Shown one piece after another: positions 14,594 to 28,630 of a stretch of DNA of 64,000 bases. The DNA comes from Octopus vulgaris. Lineage: Eukaryota. Made by a program: the position numbers and the translations under genes. Positions within the stretch are counted from its first letter, which is position 1. Every line of letters starts with the position of its first letter. Below the pieces are notes generated by a model. That model worked only from the letters and a program-made list of their open reading frames with translations. It was not told the DNA's origin and did no database searches. Location of the stretch: assembly GCA_951406725.2 (NCBI GenBank), contig OX597823.1, forward strand, positions 106,826,001 through 106,890,000, written 5' to 3'.

Positions 14594-14826
14594 CCTATTT
14601 CTTTACTACCCATAAGGGGCTAAACACAGAGGAGACAAACAAGGACAGACAAACAGATTAAGTCGATTACATCGACCCCAGTGCTTAACCGGTACTTAAT
14701 TTATCGACCCGAAAGGATGAAAGGCAAAGTCGACATCGGCGGAATTTGAACTCAGAACGTAACGGCAGACGAGATACGGCTACGCATTTCGCCCGGCGTG
14801 CTAACGTTTCCACCAGCTCGCCGCCC
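14594..14826 (-). mobile_element. SINE family A full copy
   Basis: Matches family A; TSD aacgcaaatacc at 14584-14595 and 14832-14843. Confidence 0.93.
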
Positions 14827-15484
14827 TATTTAACGCAAATACCATTGAAATACTACATAGAAATGAATATTCGGTGCCTGAAAAGACGACACTAGCCAAG
14901 GACTAATGTTATTTCTGTGTCCTGGCAGGTACAGGAGACAACGCTGAGGATGTTCCTTTCAGTTCTGACCTCATTAGGGAAACCTTACCTCCATCATATT
15001 TAATTCCTAAATACATTGAATTTGGAATTCTACTTTCATATCCAGCTCTTTTCGCTTCTTCATCTATTGAGTCTATAAAAGGATTTCATTTTAAAATGAA
15101 ATAAAATTACTATGGTATGTATGTTTCTAATCGCTCTGTCGTGGCGTGTATGCCCCGTCTGATGTTCACTCTCTCTCATTTGGTTTACCACTAGGTCCCA
15201 TTTGAACCAACACGCATCTTCATTTAGTTTAACGATATAGTTGCAACCTCCACAATACCCATTCCTATGAAGACGATACCAGGCTTCGTTACTCTTTAAC
15301 CTTTCGCAAACACAGGTAGTTTTATGATTATTGTATCCTTGCGCGCGTACACACACACACACACACACATACATAAATATTAATAATAATAGTATCTTAT
15401 ACGCTAAAAGCTTATAAGTGATCACCATGCATTGACTAAGGTAAATAGCCTAATAAACACACACACACACACACACACGTGTGT

Positions 15485-16002
15485 GTGTCCCAATTATATG
15501 TGTCTATTAGTTCTGTAGTTTCTTGATGCATACTGTTATTATTTCTATTCGTCATTGATTATTCGACGCGTCGAATTTTGTGAGAGAATGCTGGTAGAAG
15601 CCAGAGATTTCCTGATCGACTCACTTTCTCTGACGAAGCAACCTTCCATGTTTCCTGCCACATCAAACGCCATAACTGCTTCTGTTATTCAGAAGATGAT
15701 TCTGAAGGGGTTTGGAAAAAGCACGTCATTTCACCTTCTCTTGTCATTTGGACGGCGATATCGTCTTCAGGAATTTGTGCATTCCATATTCAACGAGAGA
15801 CGATGAATGGTGATCGTTACCCGACGTTGTGTGGAAACATCATCTGGCCATAATTTTGATGCCGTCATTCCATAATCTTTCTGCAAAATGGAGCACCTCA
15901 TTATGACAAACGTGTAAGAAACTTCCTCGATCAGCACCTACGAAATCGTTCGATTTTCAAAAACTCAAGTTAGGGACTAATTTAATGTTGGCTCTATCTC
16001 TG

Positions 16003-16003
<1 letters not shown>
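15485..16003 (+). pseudogene. Decayed Tc1/mariner-superfamily transposase fragment
   Basis: Frameshifted RRVEFCERML..DRLTFSDEATFHV and IIFLQNGAPH..VRNFLDQ resemble the first and second catalytic Asp motifs (FSDE; FQQDGAPxH). Confidence 0.7.
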
Positions 16004-16055
<52 letters not shown>

Positions 16056-16430
16056 TAGATATATATATTATATATAGTTTTATTTATATACATATTATAT
16101 AGTTTTATATACATACATACATACATGTGCACTGGTGGGGGAGGTAGGTGATGGGAGTAATATGGGGATGGAGGTGTGTGTGTGATGGTGTTGGATTTAT
16201 TTGCTGCTTCTTCTACAGATATAAAGAATGGTCACTCATTCAGCAGATTTAAGGATGGTTGTACAATTCCTTGTTCTGTTTCATTCAAGACGTGACTCTT
16301 CTCAATAAACTCTGAGCCCAAGAGGTGGTCAGCTGCGATACAGTCGGATTTGTTGACCGGATTGACCAATATTACCCTCTTATGATGATTTTTGCACTCT
16401 TTCTCTTATATCATCTTAAACATTGGTATA

Positions 16431-16839
16431 CTCTTTACTCTTTCACTTGTTTCAGTAATTTGACTGCGGCCATGCTGGAGCACCGCCTTTTAATCGAGCA
16501 ACTCGACCCCGGGACTTACTCTTTTGTAAGCCCAGTACCTATTCCATCGGTCTCCCCTGCCGAACCGCTAAGTAACGGGGACACAAACACACCAGCATCG
16601 GTTGTCAAGCAACGCCAGGGGAACAAACACAGACACACACGCATATATATATATATATATAAATATACATATATACGACGGGCTTCTTTCAGTTTCCGTC
16701 TACCAAATCCACTCACAAGGCTTTGGTCGGCCCGAGGCTATAGTAGAAGACACTTGCCCGAGGTGCCACGCAGTGGGACTGAACCCGGAACCATGTGGCT
16801 GGTAAACAAGCTACTTACCACACACCCACTCCTGTGTCT
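16431..16839 (-). mobile_element. SINE family B full copy
   Basis: Reverse complement of the 53670 copy; internal (TA)/(CA) tract. Confidence 0.93.
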
Positions 16840-17274
16840 ATGTTCGTTTATTAGTTGGGATTCCTTCACTGTTTTATAATTTGTTACTTTGTTTCAAAAT
16901 ATCTTTTTCAAATTCCATGAATGATATTTTGTTCCTTTGCTTACATGATATAACCCTCTCAGAGTGTCTATTTATCACCTTTTCTCTAGATGTGATTATT
17001 TCCAGGGTTTCTTCAAAACATGTTGCACACCCACGAAGATCCGTTATATGGCGCATTCTATTTTAGTCTCCAGACGAGGTTCAACAGAGCCGTGGACTGT
17101 CTTTCATTTATATTGGAAAGCGACGAGAGATGGTTTTACAGTCGATTTTTCATGGTATCTGCGATACTAACAATGCACATATATTTCTGCGCATTTGCCT
17201 TCATCTCACATTTGTACACTACATTCCTTATCCCACAGATTTTGTTGAAACTGCATTCGTCTTTACGTTTGTTA

Positions 17275-17457
17275 CCACCTTTTAGTCGAACAGATCGACC
17301 CCAGGACTTATTCTTTGAAAGCCTAGTACTTATTCTATCGGTTTCTTTTAACCGAACCTCTAAGTTACGGGAACGTAAACACACCAGTATCGGTTGTCAA
17401 GCGATGTTAGGGGGAACAAACACTGACACACAACCACACAGAAACACACACACACAC

Positions 17458-17530
<73 letters not shown>

Positions 17531-17690
17531 TATACGACGGGCTTCTTTCAGTTTCCGTCTACCAAACCCACTCACAAGGCTTTGGTTGGCCCGAGGCTAT
17601 AGTAGAAGATACTTGCCCAATTTGCCACGCAGTGGGACTGAACACTTATCCATGTGGTTGGTAAGCAAGCTACTTACCACACAACCACTT
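17275..17690 (-). mobile_element. SINE family B copy
   Basis: High similarity to 16431-16839. Confidence 0.9.
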
Positions 17691-17765
17691 ATTTCTTATT
17701 TTTATTTTCCTAAAATTTTCGTAGCATCTTGCAGCCTTTTCAATAGTCTTGAAAAGGTTGCAAGA

Positions 17766-17840
17766 CTATAACCTCGAGCCGACCAAAGCCTTGTGAGTGA
17801 ATTTGGAAGACGGAAACCGAAAGAAGCAGTCCATCGTATA
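17766..17840 (+). mobile_element. SINE family B internal fragment
   Basis: actataacctcgagccgaccaaagccttgtgagtgaatttgg. Confidence 0.8.
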
Positions 17841-18348
17841 TATATATATTTATATATATATACATACATAAAATATGTATATATATAGTGTATATACGCG
17901 CGTGTGTGTGTGTACTATCCAGATCATATGCAGAAACATAAATAAATTAAAAATACATCTCTAGAAGCACGTTATTAAACTGTATAGACAAAGTAGATAT
18001 ATAACAATTCATAAAAGCATGTATCTCTCCGAATTATGAATGCATGTATTTTGTCAATATGAACGTATATGGGTATGTGGGTAACACTAAATATCCACAT
18101 GTATGTGTATCAAAGTGATTATGTGTTCTTATGTAGATAGGTCGACAGTGTGAACAATATTTGGATCAGTGTGTCTGCATGAATTCAATTAGATGATTAT
18201 ATACACATGCATACACACATACATAAATGCTTTACTATACACGTAACGTATGCATATACGTACATACGTACATAGATTCGTACATACATTTGTATATTAT
18301 CTAAGGATGCATATATGTATATTTACTTACACATGGCCCAGTATTCTG

Positions 18349-18476
<128 letters not shown>

Positions 18477-18573
18477 ATATATATATGCTTATAATCATAG
18501 ATACGATACGAAATACTCAACTTCATGTACTGTGTACGCTACAATCCCATGCACACACTTCCGCCTTAAGTGT

Positions 18574-18608
<35 letters not shown>

Positions 18609-18702
18609 CATGTGCATATGATGTTACGTTTTCGGGTCTGTGTACACGTGTGCACATATGTGCGTGTCTGTCTGTCTGTCTATATATAGACATATTCACA
18701 TA

Positions 18703-18736
<34 letters not shown>

Positions 18737-19507
18737 TATGCTTGTGGTGTGTATGAGAGAGACAGACAGAGACAGCGAGAGAGTGTGTGTTAATATATCA
18801 GCATGTAGGTGGTTGAGTCTAGATGAGAGATTGCCTTTAATCTGATTATCTACAATGCCACCGAGGTTAGCTTTCTTTAGGCTCATCACTAAAAATAAAA
18901 ACCACTACAACCTGTTAATACCATCTTCCAGCTGTTTTCTCACCTTCTCTTTCAGCCTCTCTTCTTCTCTCCTTCCTCTCCTTCCGTCATCCTTCCTCCT
19001 TCTCCTCAAGATTATTTCTCTTTCCTCTCCAGCTCTGACTTTTGCTTATCCGTGATAAGTCCAACCAAGCGTGACTTAATGTGAAAATCAGTTCCTGTAT
19101 AACACGGTGCAGACTCCTTTAGAGCTTAGGTCAAGGTGTGTGTTATAGACAAAAGCTCCTAGTTTCATGAATTCCTTTCCCGGCATGCATTAGAAAATTA
19201 ACTCACATTCATCATCGAACATCACCGATTGTAATACAAAACTATTCCGGTTTTATTGACAAGCTAAAAATGTATCTGATCTATATACATCCTGTAGGAT
19301 GTAGTTATTTAATCTTTGTTTTCATGTTACTTGTAAGGTTCATGCTGACTGAGGCTGCGAGTTTCGCCTAACGGCTTAGTCAACCTTTTTCACCGTAGCC
19401 ATAAAGCGAAACCGAGAGACGAACTTTATAAAAACTTTGACTCTACTTGCACTCAGTAAATGTACCCCTATTTTTCTTGCAATACTAACCTCAGTGTAAC
19501 AACTATG

Positions 19508-19571
<64 letters not shown>

Positions 19572-19676
19572 TGTATGTATGTATGTATGTATGTATGCAT
19601 CATAGCTGAGGTACCCGGTAACAACTATGTTAATGGAATTATATATATATATATATATTACGGAGATGTACTTACA

Positions 19677-19727
19677 TTTGTCAGTGAACAGGTCGCGGTC
19701 TCAAAGCGACGAAAATATTTTGACAAA
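19677..19727 (+). ncRNA. Hammerhead-like motif with G3-C8 swapped core
   Basis: tttgtca-GTGAACA-g-gtcgc(ggtctcaaa)gcgac-GAAA-atat-TT-tgacaaa; 7-bp stem I, 5-bp stem II. Confidence 0.6.
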
Positions 19728-19808
19728 TTAAACTTAAATGTTGAAGTGAATCTAACGGTTTTGTGTGTTTCTTAAATGGCTTATAAACACCTTCCACGCT
19801 GCAATTAT

Positions 19809-19842
<34 letters not shown>

Positions 19843-19925
19843 TGTATGTATGTATGTATGTATGTATGTATGTATGTATGTATGTACGTACGTATGTATG
19901 TATGTATGTATGTATGTATGCATCG

Positions 19926-20409
19926 TAGCTGAGGTACCCGGTAATACCCGGGAGCGGGGATTTTCCCAGTACTCATTACAATGCTTAATTTCTCTCCGAC
20001 GAAAAATGAAATCAAGACTTGGGACAGATAGTAGAAGGCGTAAGCAAATTCATTCACAAAACAATAGTACAAATAAATACGTGTGGAATCGGAAACTGAC
20101 AATCCTTTGGTCAGATGAGTGGAAAGCTGCAAAGATATAATCAATGGAAACATCAAGAAGGGAATTGTAAAGGAGGGCTGTGTAAAAAAGAATATAAAAG
20201 TTTGAAAAGTAAACAAAAAATTATTTAGAGAAAAGAGATTTTACAGTTCTATATTTAAGAGATGAAGAATTATGCACATTATTTGACGGCTACTTGTCCT
20301 CATCTTGTTTGTTGTTAACCACTACGCCGTATGCCCGTGGGCATTCGGCGTAGTGGTTAAGAGCGCAGGCTACTAACCCCAAGATTCCGAGTTCGATTCC
20401 AGGCAGTGA

Positions 20410-20444
<35 letters not shown>

Positions 20445-21197
20445 GTAACGAAAACCGAACAATAAGAGTATTTATACTTACAGAAACGGCTGGAGTACAG
20501 AGGCGACAGCGTGGTGGTCATAAGAGAGGAGGAGAAGAAAGCATACAAAAAGAACGATTTTCGTCATTTTGGGGCAAATTCTCTTGCAACGCGAGAGAAA
20601 ATTTTAAGTGCACACGCACTTAATTTGACGACTGTGTTTCATAGGTATAGTTCCACTGATCATGAGAATCAAATACCGATTGCAAAGGTTAGAACCGGCA
20701 ATTTTAAGTGCAGGTGTTAAGAAAATACTGTTACATGTTTTAGCACACAACTCTGCAACGTTTAGAATTGATAATTTTAAGTGCAGATGTTAGGAAAATA
20801 CATTTTACATCAACCTGAGAAAGCTGAAATAATTGATGAACATTTGAACCCCACACCAGTTTAGGCCAAATTTCGTTAATCAGTTAATCAAAAATCATCT
20901 AACTCTTTGCTTGAGTGGCCCAGGTAAACATTTATTTGTCTCAACCCATCCCTAGCGCATATTCCATCTGTGTATAAAATTTCAAGAAAATCAGGGGGAA
21001 ACTTAAAAAGTTATAACATTCATATGAGAATTCGAATGAAATGTCCTATTGATTTTTGGAAAATCGATGCTGATTAAAAATTATCAAATTTATTGAAAGT
21101 CCAAGTGCAAGATCGGTTGGATAGTCTTGGGGGTGTTAAAATAACAAAATCACACACACACACACACACAGAGAAATTGCCATTTATGTATATAGTT
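19926..21197 (-). mobile_element. Possible non-autonomous Helitron-like element with nested inserts
   Basis: On - strand, cccgggtattaccggg hairpin near a degenerate CTAG-like end at ~19926; opposite end (CA)n..atttatgtatatag resembles 5' ends of the other Helitron-like elements. Confidence 0.4.
20339..20443 (+). mobile_element. Short tRNA-derived SINE head with (AAT)n tract
   Basis: cggcgtagtggttaagagcg A-box region, gagttcgattcc B-box, no acceptor stem, then (AAT)n. Confidence 0.7.
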
Positions 21198-23182
21198 ATA
21201 CTTACTTTCATTACTAACATGATGGAGCCAACCTTTCATTGATAAATACAAACATCAAAATGCAATAGTATTTATTTATTTATTTATTTTAGATAGCATT
21301 TAATGAACAACAGCGTCGTTGTTTACGGCCGATACTGTTCATCATTCAATCGCTTCATCACTGCATTTATGACGGTAAGTGTAACTAGGGAGATATCTAT
21401 CGCACTGCAGAACAAAAACTGAAAGAAGCTTATTTATAAACCAAATAAATAAATAAATAAATAATAAGCTTTATTTTTTTCGGTTCTCCGATTAAGTTTT
21501 TCAACGACATATATGTATCTTTCTAAATCATCTATACATAGCATTCAACACAATATAATTATTCGAACAAATTTTAGTTTAGCAATAATCTTATTTTACG
21601 TACTGCGTAAGATAACATGGAATTATTTTTACTTATTTATTGTTGTTGTTGTTGTTGTTGTTATTACTATTATTCTTATTTTGAGCTTACAGTTCATTCT
21701 ATAAAGATGTTAACAACGCAGATTGACTGTGGCGGAATATTTCGGCGCATTCCATTCCTTCCTATACATTTTGAATTATTTCTAGCTCTGGTGTCATTCT
21801 GTACGTGGTTTCGGATGAAAATCGTACGTTTTGGCTTGGTCGGTATGTTGCAAACAGCACCACATGTGTGTCGGGTTCGATACTGAAATAAGGGCTTCTA
21901 TATATTTTAGTATGTATAACGAAGCTACATTTTCAGTCTTTTAGGTTTAAATACAAGATTTTAAATACATATTTACTCTGAAGTAGATATCTTTTGCTTT
22001 GTTCATTGAATTCTTTGTGACTTTTCTAACATTTGAGATATGCCTTATTTCTGCATTATACACATATATGCATACATAAATGTTCAAACACTCAAACACA
22101 CACATACACAAGCACACACTCGCACACTCACATATATTAGTGCTTGTCTTAATGTCAAGTTATATAAACAATTTAACAGTAAGCTGAATTAAATTGAAGG
22201 ATTGCAAAATACACTTTCGTACAATACATATTGATTAGCTTTTGCAAAGAAAGATTGACAGTAACTTCTAAGTTTTGGCTTTTGAAGTGTATATAAAATT
22301 CCTTGCAAACCTATTTTTGAAACAGTATGGATACAAGGGAATTTATTCCTGTATGTAAGCGATTCTAAAAAAATATATTTTAGATGGCTTTTTGTAGGTA
22401 TTATGGGTGGTAATTGTAGGACTTTTAGATCATTGTTATAGAGTAGTCGATTAAAAACCTTCAGTAGTACCTGTTAGTAGAAACATTATTTATGGTAGAG
22501 TGGAAGAAGAAGTGAAAAATTGTCATGGTTAACTATTGAAAAAAACTTATTGATTTGAAATGTTTTAAAGTTCTAAAGATTTTGTGCTTGCTAGAGGAGA
22601 CTAACATTGCGTAACGGTTTAGAAATTGGGCCGTAAAGAAAAGTATTACGTAGGAATCAACGGTACAGGGTTTTCAAAATTTGTCGCTTGTTTGATATAC
22701 CTGGAGATACCTATGGGAAAATGCATCATCCTTATGCATTTATCTGGATTCCTAGGTAACGTCAAGCTGTTACGTTTATGTATTTGTCTACAATATTATA
22801 ATATAAATACTTATAGTAACATGGAGTCCGCGATACTAGCCATTCCAAATTACCCAGTATAAATTTCATAACAGAAATCTAATACCTATTCAATCACAGT
22901 TTGACCGAAGCCACATGACCAAGTGGTTTATATGCTAACGTTCTTTCTTTAGCCCTACAACACGAGAGCCAATGTTCCACAAAAAGAATGTTGTAACCTG
23001 AATTTGGGGCATCTGCTTCCACATCTGACTGAACCCTAAACAAAAAGGAAATGTCAAGTGAAAACAAATCTTCTCATCGTAGATTTCTAGCAATCTTGCC
23101 GACGCCTAACATAGCTCAACCTAATCATAAAAACAACTTGCCAAAAACTATACAAAGCCCAAAAAAACCCAAGTAAAGTACT

Positions 23183-23220
23183 GTCTGATGAAGGCGAGGT
23201 AGCCGAAACTTCTAAGTCAC
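23183..23220 (+). ncRNA. Hammerhead-like motif (weak stem I)
   Basis: gt-CTGATGA-a-ggc(gaggta)gcc-GAAA-ctt(ct)aag-TC-ac. Confidence 0.55.
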
Positions 23221-23307
23221 TCTCAAACTCTTCCCAGTAAAAATTTGTGTGTATGTTTGTGTGTATGTGTGTGTGTGTGTATGTATGCGTGCGCTTGTGT
23301 ATGTATG

Positions 23308-23388
<81 letters not shown>

Positions 23389-24364
23389 TGTTTATCCTAA
23401 TCAGCGTGGATGTCTTTTTAGCGGCGAGTACTGCGGTATTTCACCCTGAGAAGACTTCTCATATGGATTCATGGTGTATAAAAGTACGCATATCTAGATC
23501 GTAGGCGGACGCGAATCGTCTGCTACGGAACTGCGAGATCACGTGATTTCAGTGTTCTCCGTCTCTTCAGTGGTCGGCATCCGCTAACCGCATACCAGCC
23601 AAATCTCACCACCAGTTGGTTAATAGAGATCTAACCACTTTCCAAGCACTGATGTAACCAAGAACTGTAGTGGTTATATATAGTCAGTACATAGACCACT
23701 ACAGAACCATCAGGATTATTAAAAAAATATTAGTAACGACAGAAGTACTACTTATACAAAAAAGGCATTCTTTATATTCAACATAACGTTGACACATGTA
23801 CATATGTACATACGCACAAGCCTGTTTATAGAAGCACACTCACACACATGTACGCGCGCGCACACACACACACGCACACACACACAAGCGTACACGTAAA
23901 TACACTTATACATTTATATACGTAAGTATGTGCACAACATTCAGTGTACATCCTATTCTATACGATGAATACAGTGCACAATATTTACGCTATAATATTC
24001 ACTAAACATGCTACAACATAAATAATTTCTTTCGTGTCAGGACTATCTTAAAATGAATATTAAAAAATATATATTGTACATTTTAATATTCCAAGTTTTT
24101 TGCAAGTCTTGGACATGTATAAAACAGAAAATACAATAGAATTTAATTTGCATTATTTAATATCATAGTCCCCAGTTTTGATTTCAAATCCCATCGGGAT
24201 GTTTTAAAAAGAAGGGTTCCCAAACATGTTTTATAAATGAGAGCTCCAACTACATCAGTTATAGCGGAGTATAAATATTCTTTCATGATATTTCCGACAA
24301 CCATCTGGACCGCTTCTTATATATATCTATATTGTTTTACAGATAGCTTAAAGAAGTAATGGAC

Positions 24365-24408
<44 letters not shown>

Positions 24409-25793
24409 ACTACATAATCAAATTCCCGTTACACTGACATGTACCCTATGGAGAATAAGTTGCCAGTCGTTTGGAAATTTAAATACTTGGCTAAATGGAA
24501 TACATTGCCCCCTTAGTGTGCCATTTAGGTCATCAATCAATATATTTCTTGACTAGTTTCAGATTTGGGAAGCAGACATCTTGAGAGTTGTGTATCATGC
24601 CTGAATTGTCAAGCAGAAATTTAATGGACTTCCATGGTAAAAGTACGACTACTTTAAACATTGCAGAGGCAAACACAGCGAAGGTGTAAATCTCATAAAA
24701 TCCCAGTCACATTTTGACTTTGTGAGATGTTATTAGCGTATTTTAGTGAATATACAGTAAACTGAGAGGAAAATATTGAGATGATAGTTTGGTCTAAGAG
24801 ATGGAATATTTTGCATTTATAATCACTTTTGATATCTTTCTGTCAGAACACAATTCTCCGCTGCACTGTTTATCTAGCTGTCGGAAACAAGTTCCAGATA
24901 AATTTCGAAATGTTAATTACTGTAGACTTGTGTCCTGTCCAGGACGGTATTTATTTCCGATTCGCTTGAAACAAGATCCAAACAGCAACTCCTAAGAAAA
25001 TTTCTTTGACATGTTTATATTTACAAAATATAATAAAAACCTAATAACACGCCTTATGTTTTATTTATTTCTCTGCTTCTGTATAAGTTTTCTTGTCTTT
25101 TCTAAAATTTCCTTCAAGGTGACATTAACTATACGGAATTAAATAAAACATATCATGAGGAGTGCCTCGTGCAATTTCCGTCAGAGTTTCGTTAATACAC
25201 ACCAATATTTTAGTTTAAGGAGGTCTGTAAATGGTGAGAAACAAATTTTTGCTATCCGAAGTCAGGCACACAGACCCGTGCATACACACATGTATATACA
25301 CCCCCACACACTAAACATAAACACATACATTTGTGCACATACAAATGTGTGTCCTATGAAACCAACACAAAATGAGTTGGTTTCCCATTTCCTCCGTTTA
25401 GAGAACACAATCTACCAAAGAACAGCAAGCTAAGAGAAACACAATAGCGCAGATATTAGTAAAAAATTGTTAAGCCATTACATGATATAACGCCTCTGCA
25501 CGTAGATGATAATATACTGTTTTGATCCCCTAAGTATCCGAATATTAGCTCCAAACAATTGCTACATCAATGAATCTTAGCTTCAACCCTTTTGCAACAT
25601 AGATTCAATAAACGGTTATTCAGATCCCACTATTTTCCGTTTTACTCTATTTCAGAACTTTCTATAAAAAGCTTAAACTAGGCAGAATAAGATTTTGTTA
25701 AATTTACAACGCATGATATATCCTGACTGCGACCAACAGTATCTACTAATATACATTTGAAACAGAAGATATGTATATGTATATATGTATAAA

Positions 25794-25845
<52 letters not shown>

Positions 25846-26086
25846 TATCTATATATATATTTATATATATATATATATATCTTTATAGATATATATATAT
25901 ATATATCTTTATAGATATATATATGTTTATGCGCGTATACATACACATATATATGTGAATATATATGAGTGTATATGTATATGTATGTATGTATGCATCT
26001 ATCTATCAATCTATCTCTATATATATACCTATATAGATTGTATATAAATATTGTATATAAATACCCCCCCCACATATACATTCATG

Positions 26087-26118
<32 letters not shown>

Positions 26119-26140
26119 ACTATATACATGTATGTCTATG

Positions 26141-26172
<32 letters not shown>

Positions 26173-26689
26173 TGTATGTATGTATGTATGTATGTATGCA
26201 TGTATGTATGTACACATAAACTCAATGAAGGGAATATACATTACGATATTTACTGCTCGAAATAGTAGAAGGACCTGAAGTGGGTGGCGATGATGAAAAA
26301 AAGAGATGTTGATTGATGACTGGGAAATATGGAGTATGGTGGCTGGGTCTTTTGTTGTGCATCTAATTCCCTTGATTACGGATGTTGATTGATTGACTAC
26401 TGGGAAAACGTAACACTAATCATACACTTATTCAGATATTGACACCAGATACCTTGCTTCGGCTTGTATCTAGATCATAATAATAGGGTAGAGAGTGTGT
26501 ATGAAGCAGTGTGTAAGCCCAATCGGAGCTAAAAATCTGGCCTACACAGGTATATTTATCTCCCACACTTTCGCCTTGCGGAAACGGAAAGGCGGCGACT
26601 CGAACAGGTCTGATGCGTGGAGAATCGGATGCACGGTTATGAATGTGCACTTCGGCAGATTCGCTTGCTGCATGAGCATCTAAGTGCCG

Positions 26690-27020
26690 CATATAGCGAG
26701 AACTCAGCTCACCCGGGTAGCGGGTAAATTGAGAAAATATGCATCAAAACCTGCTTTTCTTTCTTTTTGGTCAGTTTGGTGCAACTGACTACATCCATTT
26801 TGGGCTCAAAGAATAGAAAGAAAATATATAAAATTCCGTGTTAGAATGTGTGTGAAGAGCTAGTTAACAAGAGTGGATGTAGACTCAGATGTACTGCAAT
26901 TGTTGCATGAGAAATGAGACGATACATCGTAGATATAGCCACACTATCAGAAACTGGATGTCCATGTGAGGTCAAAATCATAATGTTAGATGCGGTTACA
27001 ACGTTTTGTGGAAAGGGAAG
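26690..27020 (+). pseudogene. Decayed RTE-like LINE 5' region (AP endonuclease N-terminus)
   Basis: TAIVA*EMRRYIVDIATLSET resembles the RTE motif TALVARELxRYxIDIAALSET. Confidence 0.6.
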
Positions 27021-27194
27021 CGAAAAGAAGAGCACAGAGAAGTCGGTATTGTTGCTTCAGTCTGTTCTGGAATGTTTCAGAAGTGCTTCCTATCTTCAGC
27101 TTTTGTGTTCTATGCACAACTAATTTTCACGCCAACAGATAAAATTTGTAGGTATTATAAGTAAGAATGGCCCAAACTCGTGTTCATGCATTTT

Positions 27195-27242
27195 TGTGCG
27201 TATATACGTATGTATATGTATGTATATGTATGTATATGTATG

Positions 27243-27274
<32 letters not shown>

Positions 27275-27750
27275 TGTATGTATGTATGTATGTATATATG
27301 TATGCATGCATGCATGTATGGATGTGTGTGTGTATGTATGTATGTATGTATGTATGTATGTATATGTGTATGTGTGAATGCATATATGAATGTATGTATG
27401 TATGCATGTATGCATGTATGTGTGTGTGTATGTATGTATGTATGTATGCATGCATGCATGCATGCATGTATGTATGTGTGTGTATGTATGTATGTATGTA
27501 TATGTGTATGTGTGAATGTATATATGAATGTATGTATGTATGCATGTATGTATGTATGTATGTATGTATGTATGTATGTATGTATGTGTGTGTGTATGTA
27601 TGTATGTGTGTATGTATGTGTGTATGTATGTATGTATGTATGTATGTATATATGTATGTATGCATGTATGTATGTATATATATATGTGTGTACATTTATA
27701 TACACACAGACATATACAGATGTATGTATACAAATGTATATATATATATA
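27195..27750. repeat. (TATG)n/(CATG)n microsatellite
   Basis: Direct tetranucleotide repeats. Confidence 0.95.
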
Positions 27751-28135
27751 TTCTTTTATTCTTTTATTTGTTTCAGTCATTTGACTACGACCATGATGGA
27801 GCACCGCATTTGGTCGAGCAAATCGACCCCAGGACTTCTCCTTTGTAAGCCTAGTACTTATTCTGTCCGACTCTCTTGCCGAACCGCTAAGCGACGAGGA
27901 CGTAAACACACCAGCATCGGTTGTCAAGCGATGCTGGAGGGACAAACACAGACACAAAAACGTATACATATATCTATATACGACAGGCTTCTTTCAGTTT
28001 CCACCTTCAAAATCCACTCACAAGGTATTGGTCGGCCCGAGGTTATAGTAGAAGACACTTGCCCAAGGTGACACGCAGTGGGACTGAACCCAGAACCATG
28101 CGTTTGGTAAGCAAGCTATTTACCACACAGTTACT
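27751..28135 (-). mobile_element. SINE family B copy
   Basis: High similarity to 16431-16839. Confidence 0.9.
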
Positions 28136-28504
28136 ATATGTGTGTGTGCGCGTGTGTGTGTGTATACAGAGTTATGTATATGTGCACACGCACATGTATG
28201 CGTGTACTTGGGCGTGTGTGTGTGTGTGATAAATAACAACAACGGTGTTTTGATCCTCATATTTCATTTTTCTCCTTCAGATGAAATAGTTTATCCTCAT
28301 TTAATTCATAATGCATTAAAGACATTCGTGAATATCTTTTCTTTATACCGCTCTAAAGATACCCTCACACACATACTCACACACACTCATATGTACCATA
28401 TGTATACATGCATGTATATACACGTATATTTTTCTCATACATAGGTATGTATGTATGTATGAATGTATGTCTAACTAGCTTGTTAGTTAAACAGACATCA
28501 GACA

Positions 28505-28558
<54 letters not shown>

Positions 28559-28569
28559 TATATATATAT

Positions 28570-28630
<61 letters not shown>

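Noticed and set aside
19344-19385. gctgactgag...cttagtcaac hairpin with internal gcc/ggc-gaaac on the - strand
   Set aside because: No consistent ribozyme core or stem I; left as an unexplained hairpin
20339-20412. Possible tRNA gene
   Set aside because: No acceptor-stem pairing; followed by (AAT)n; treated as a SINE head
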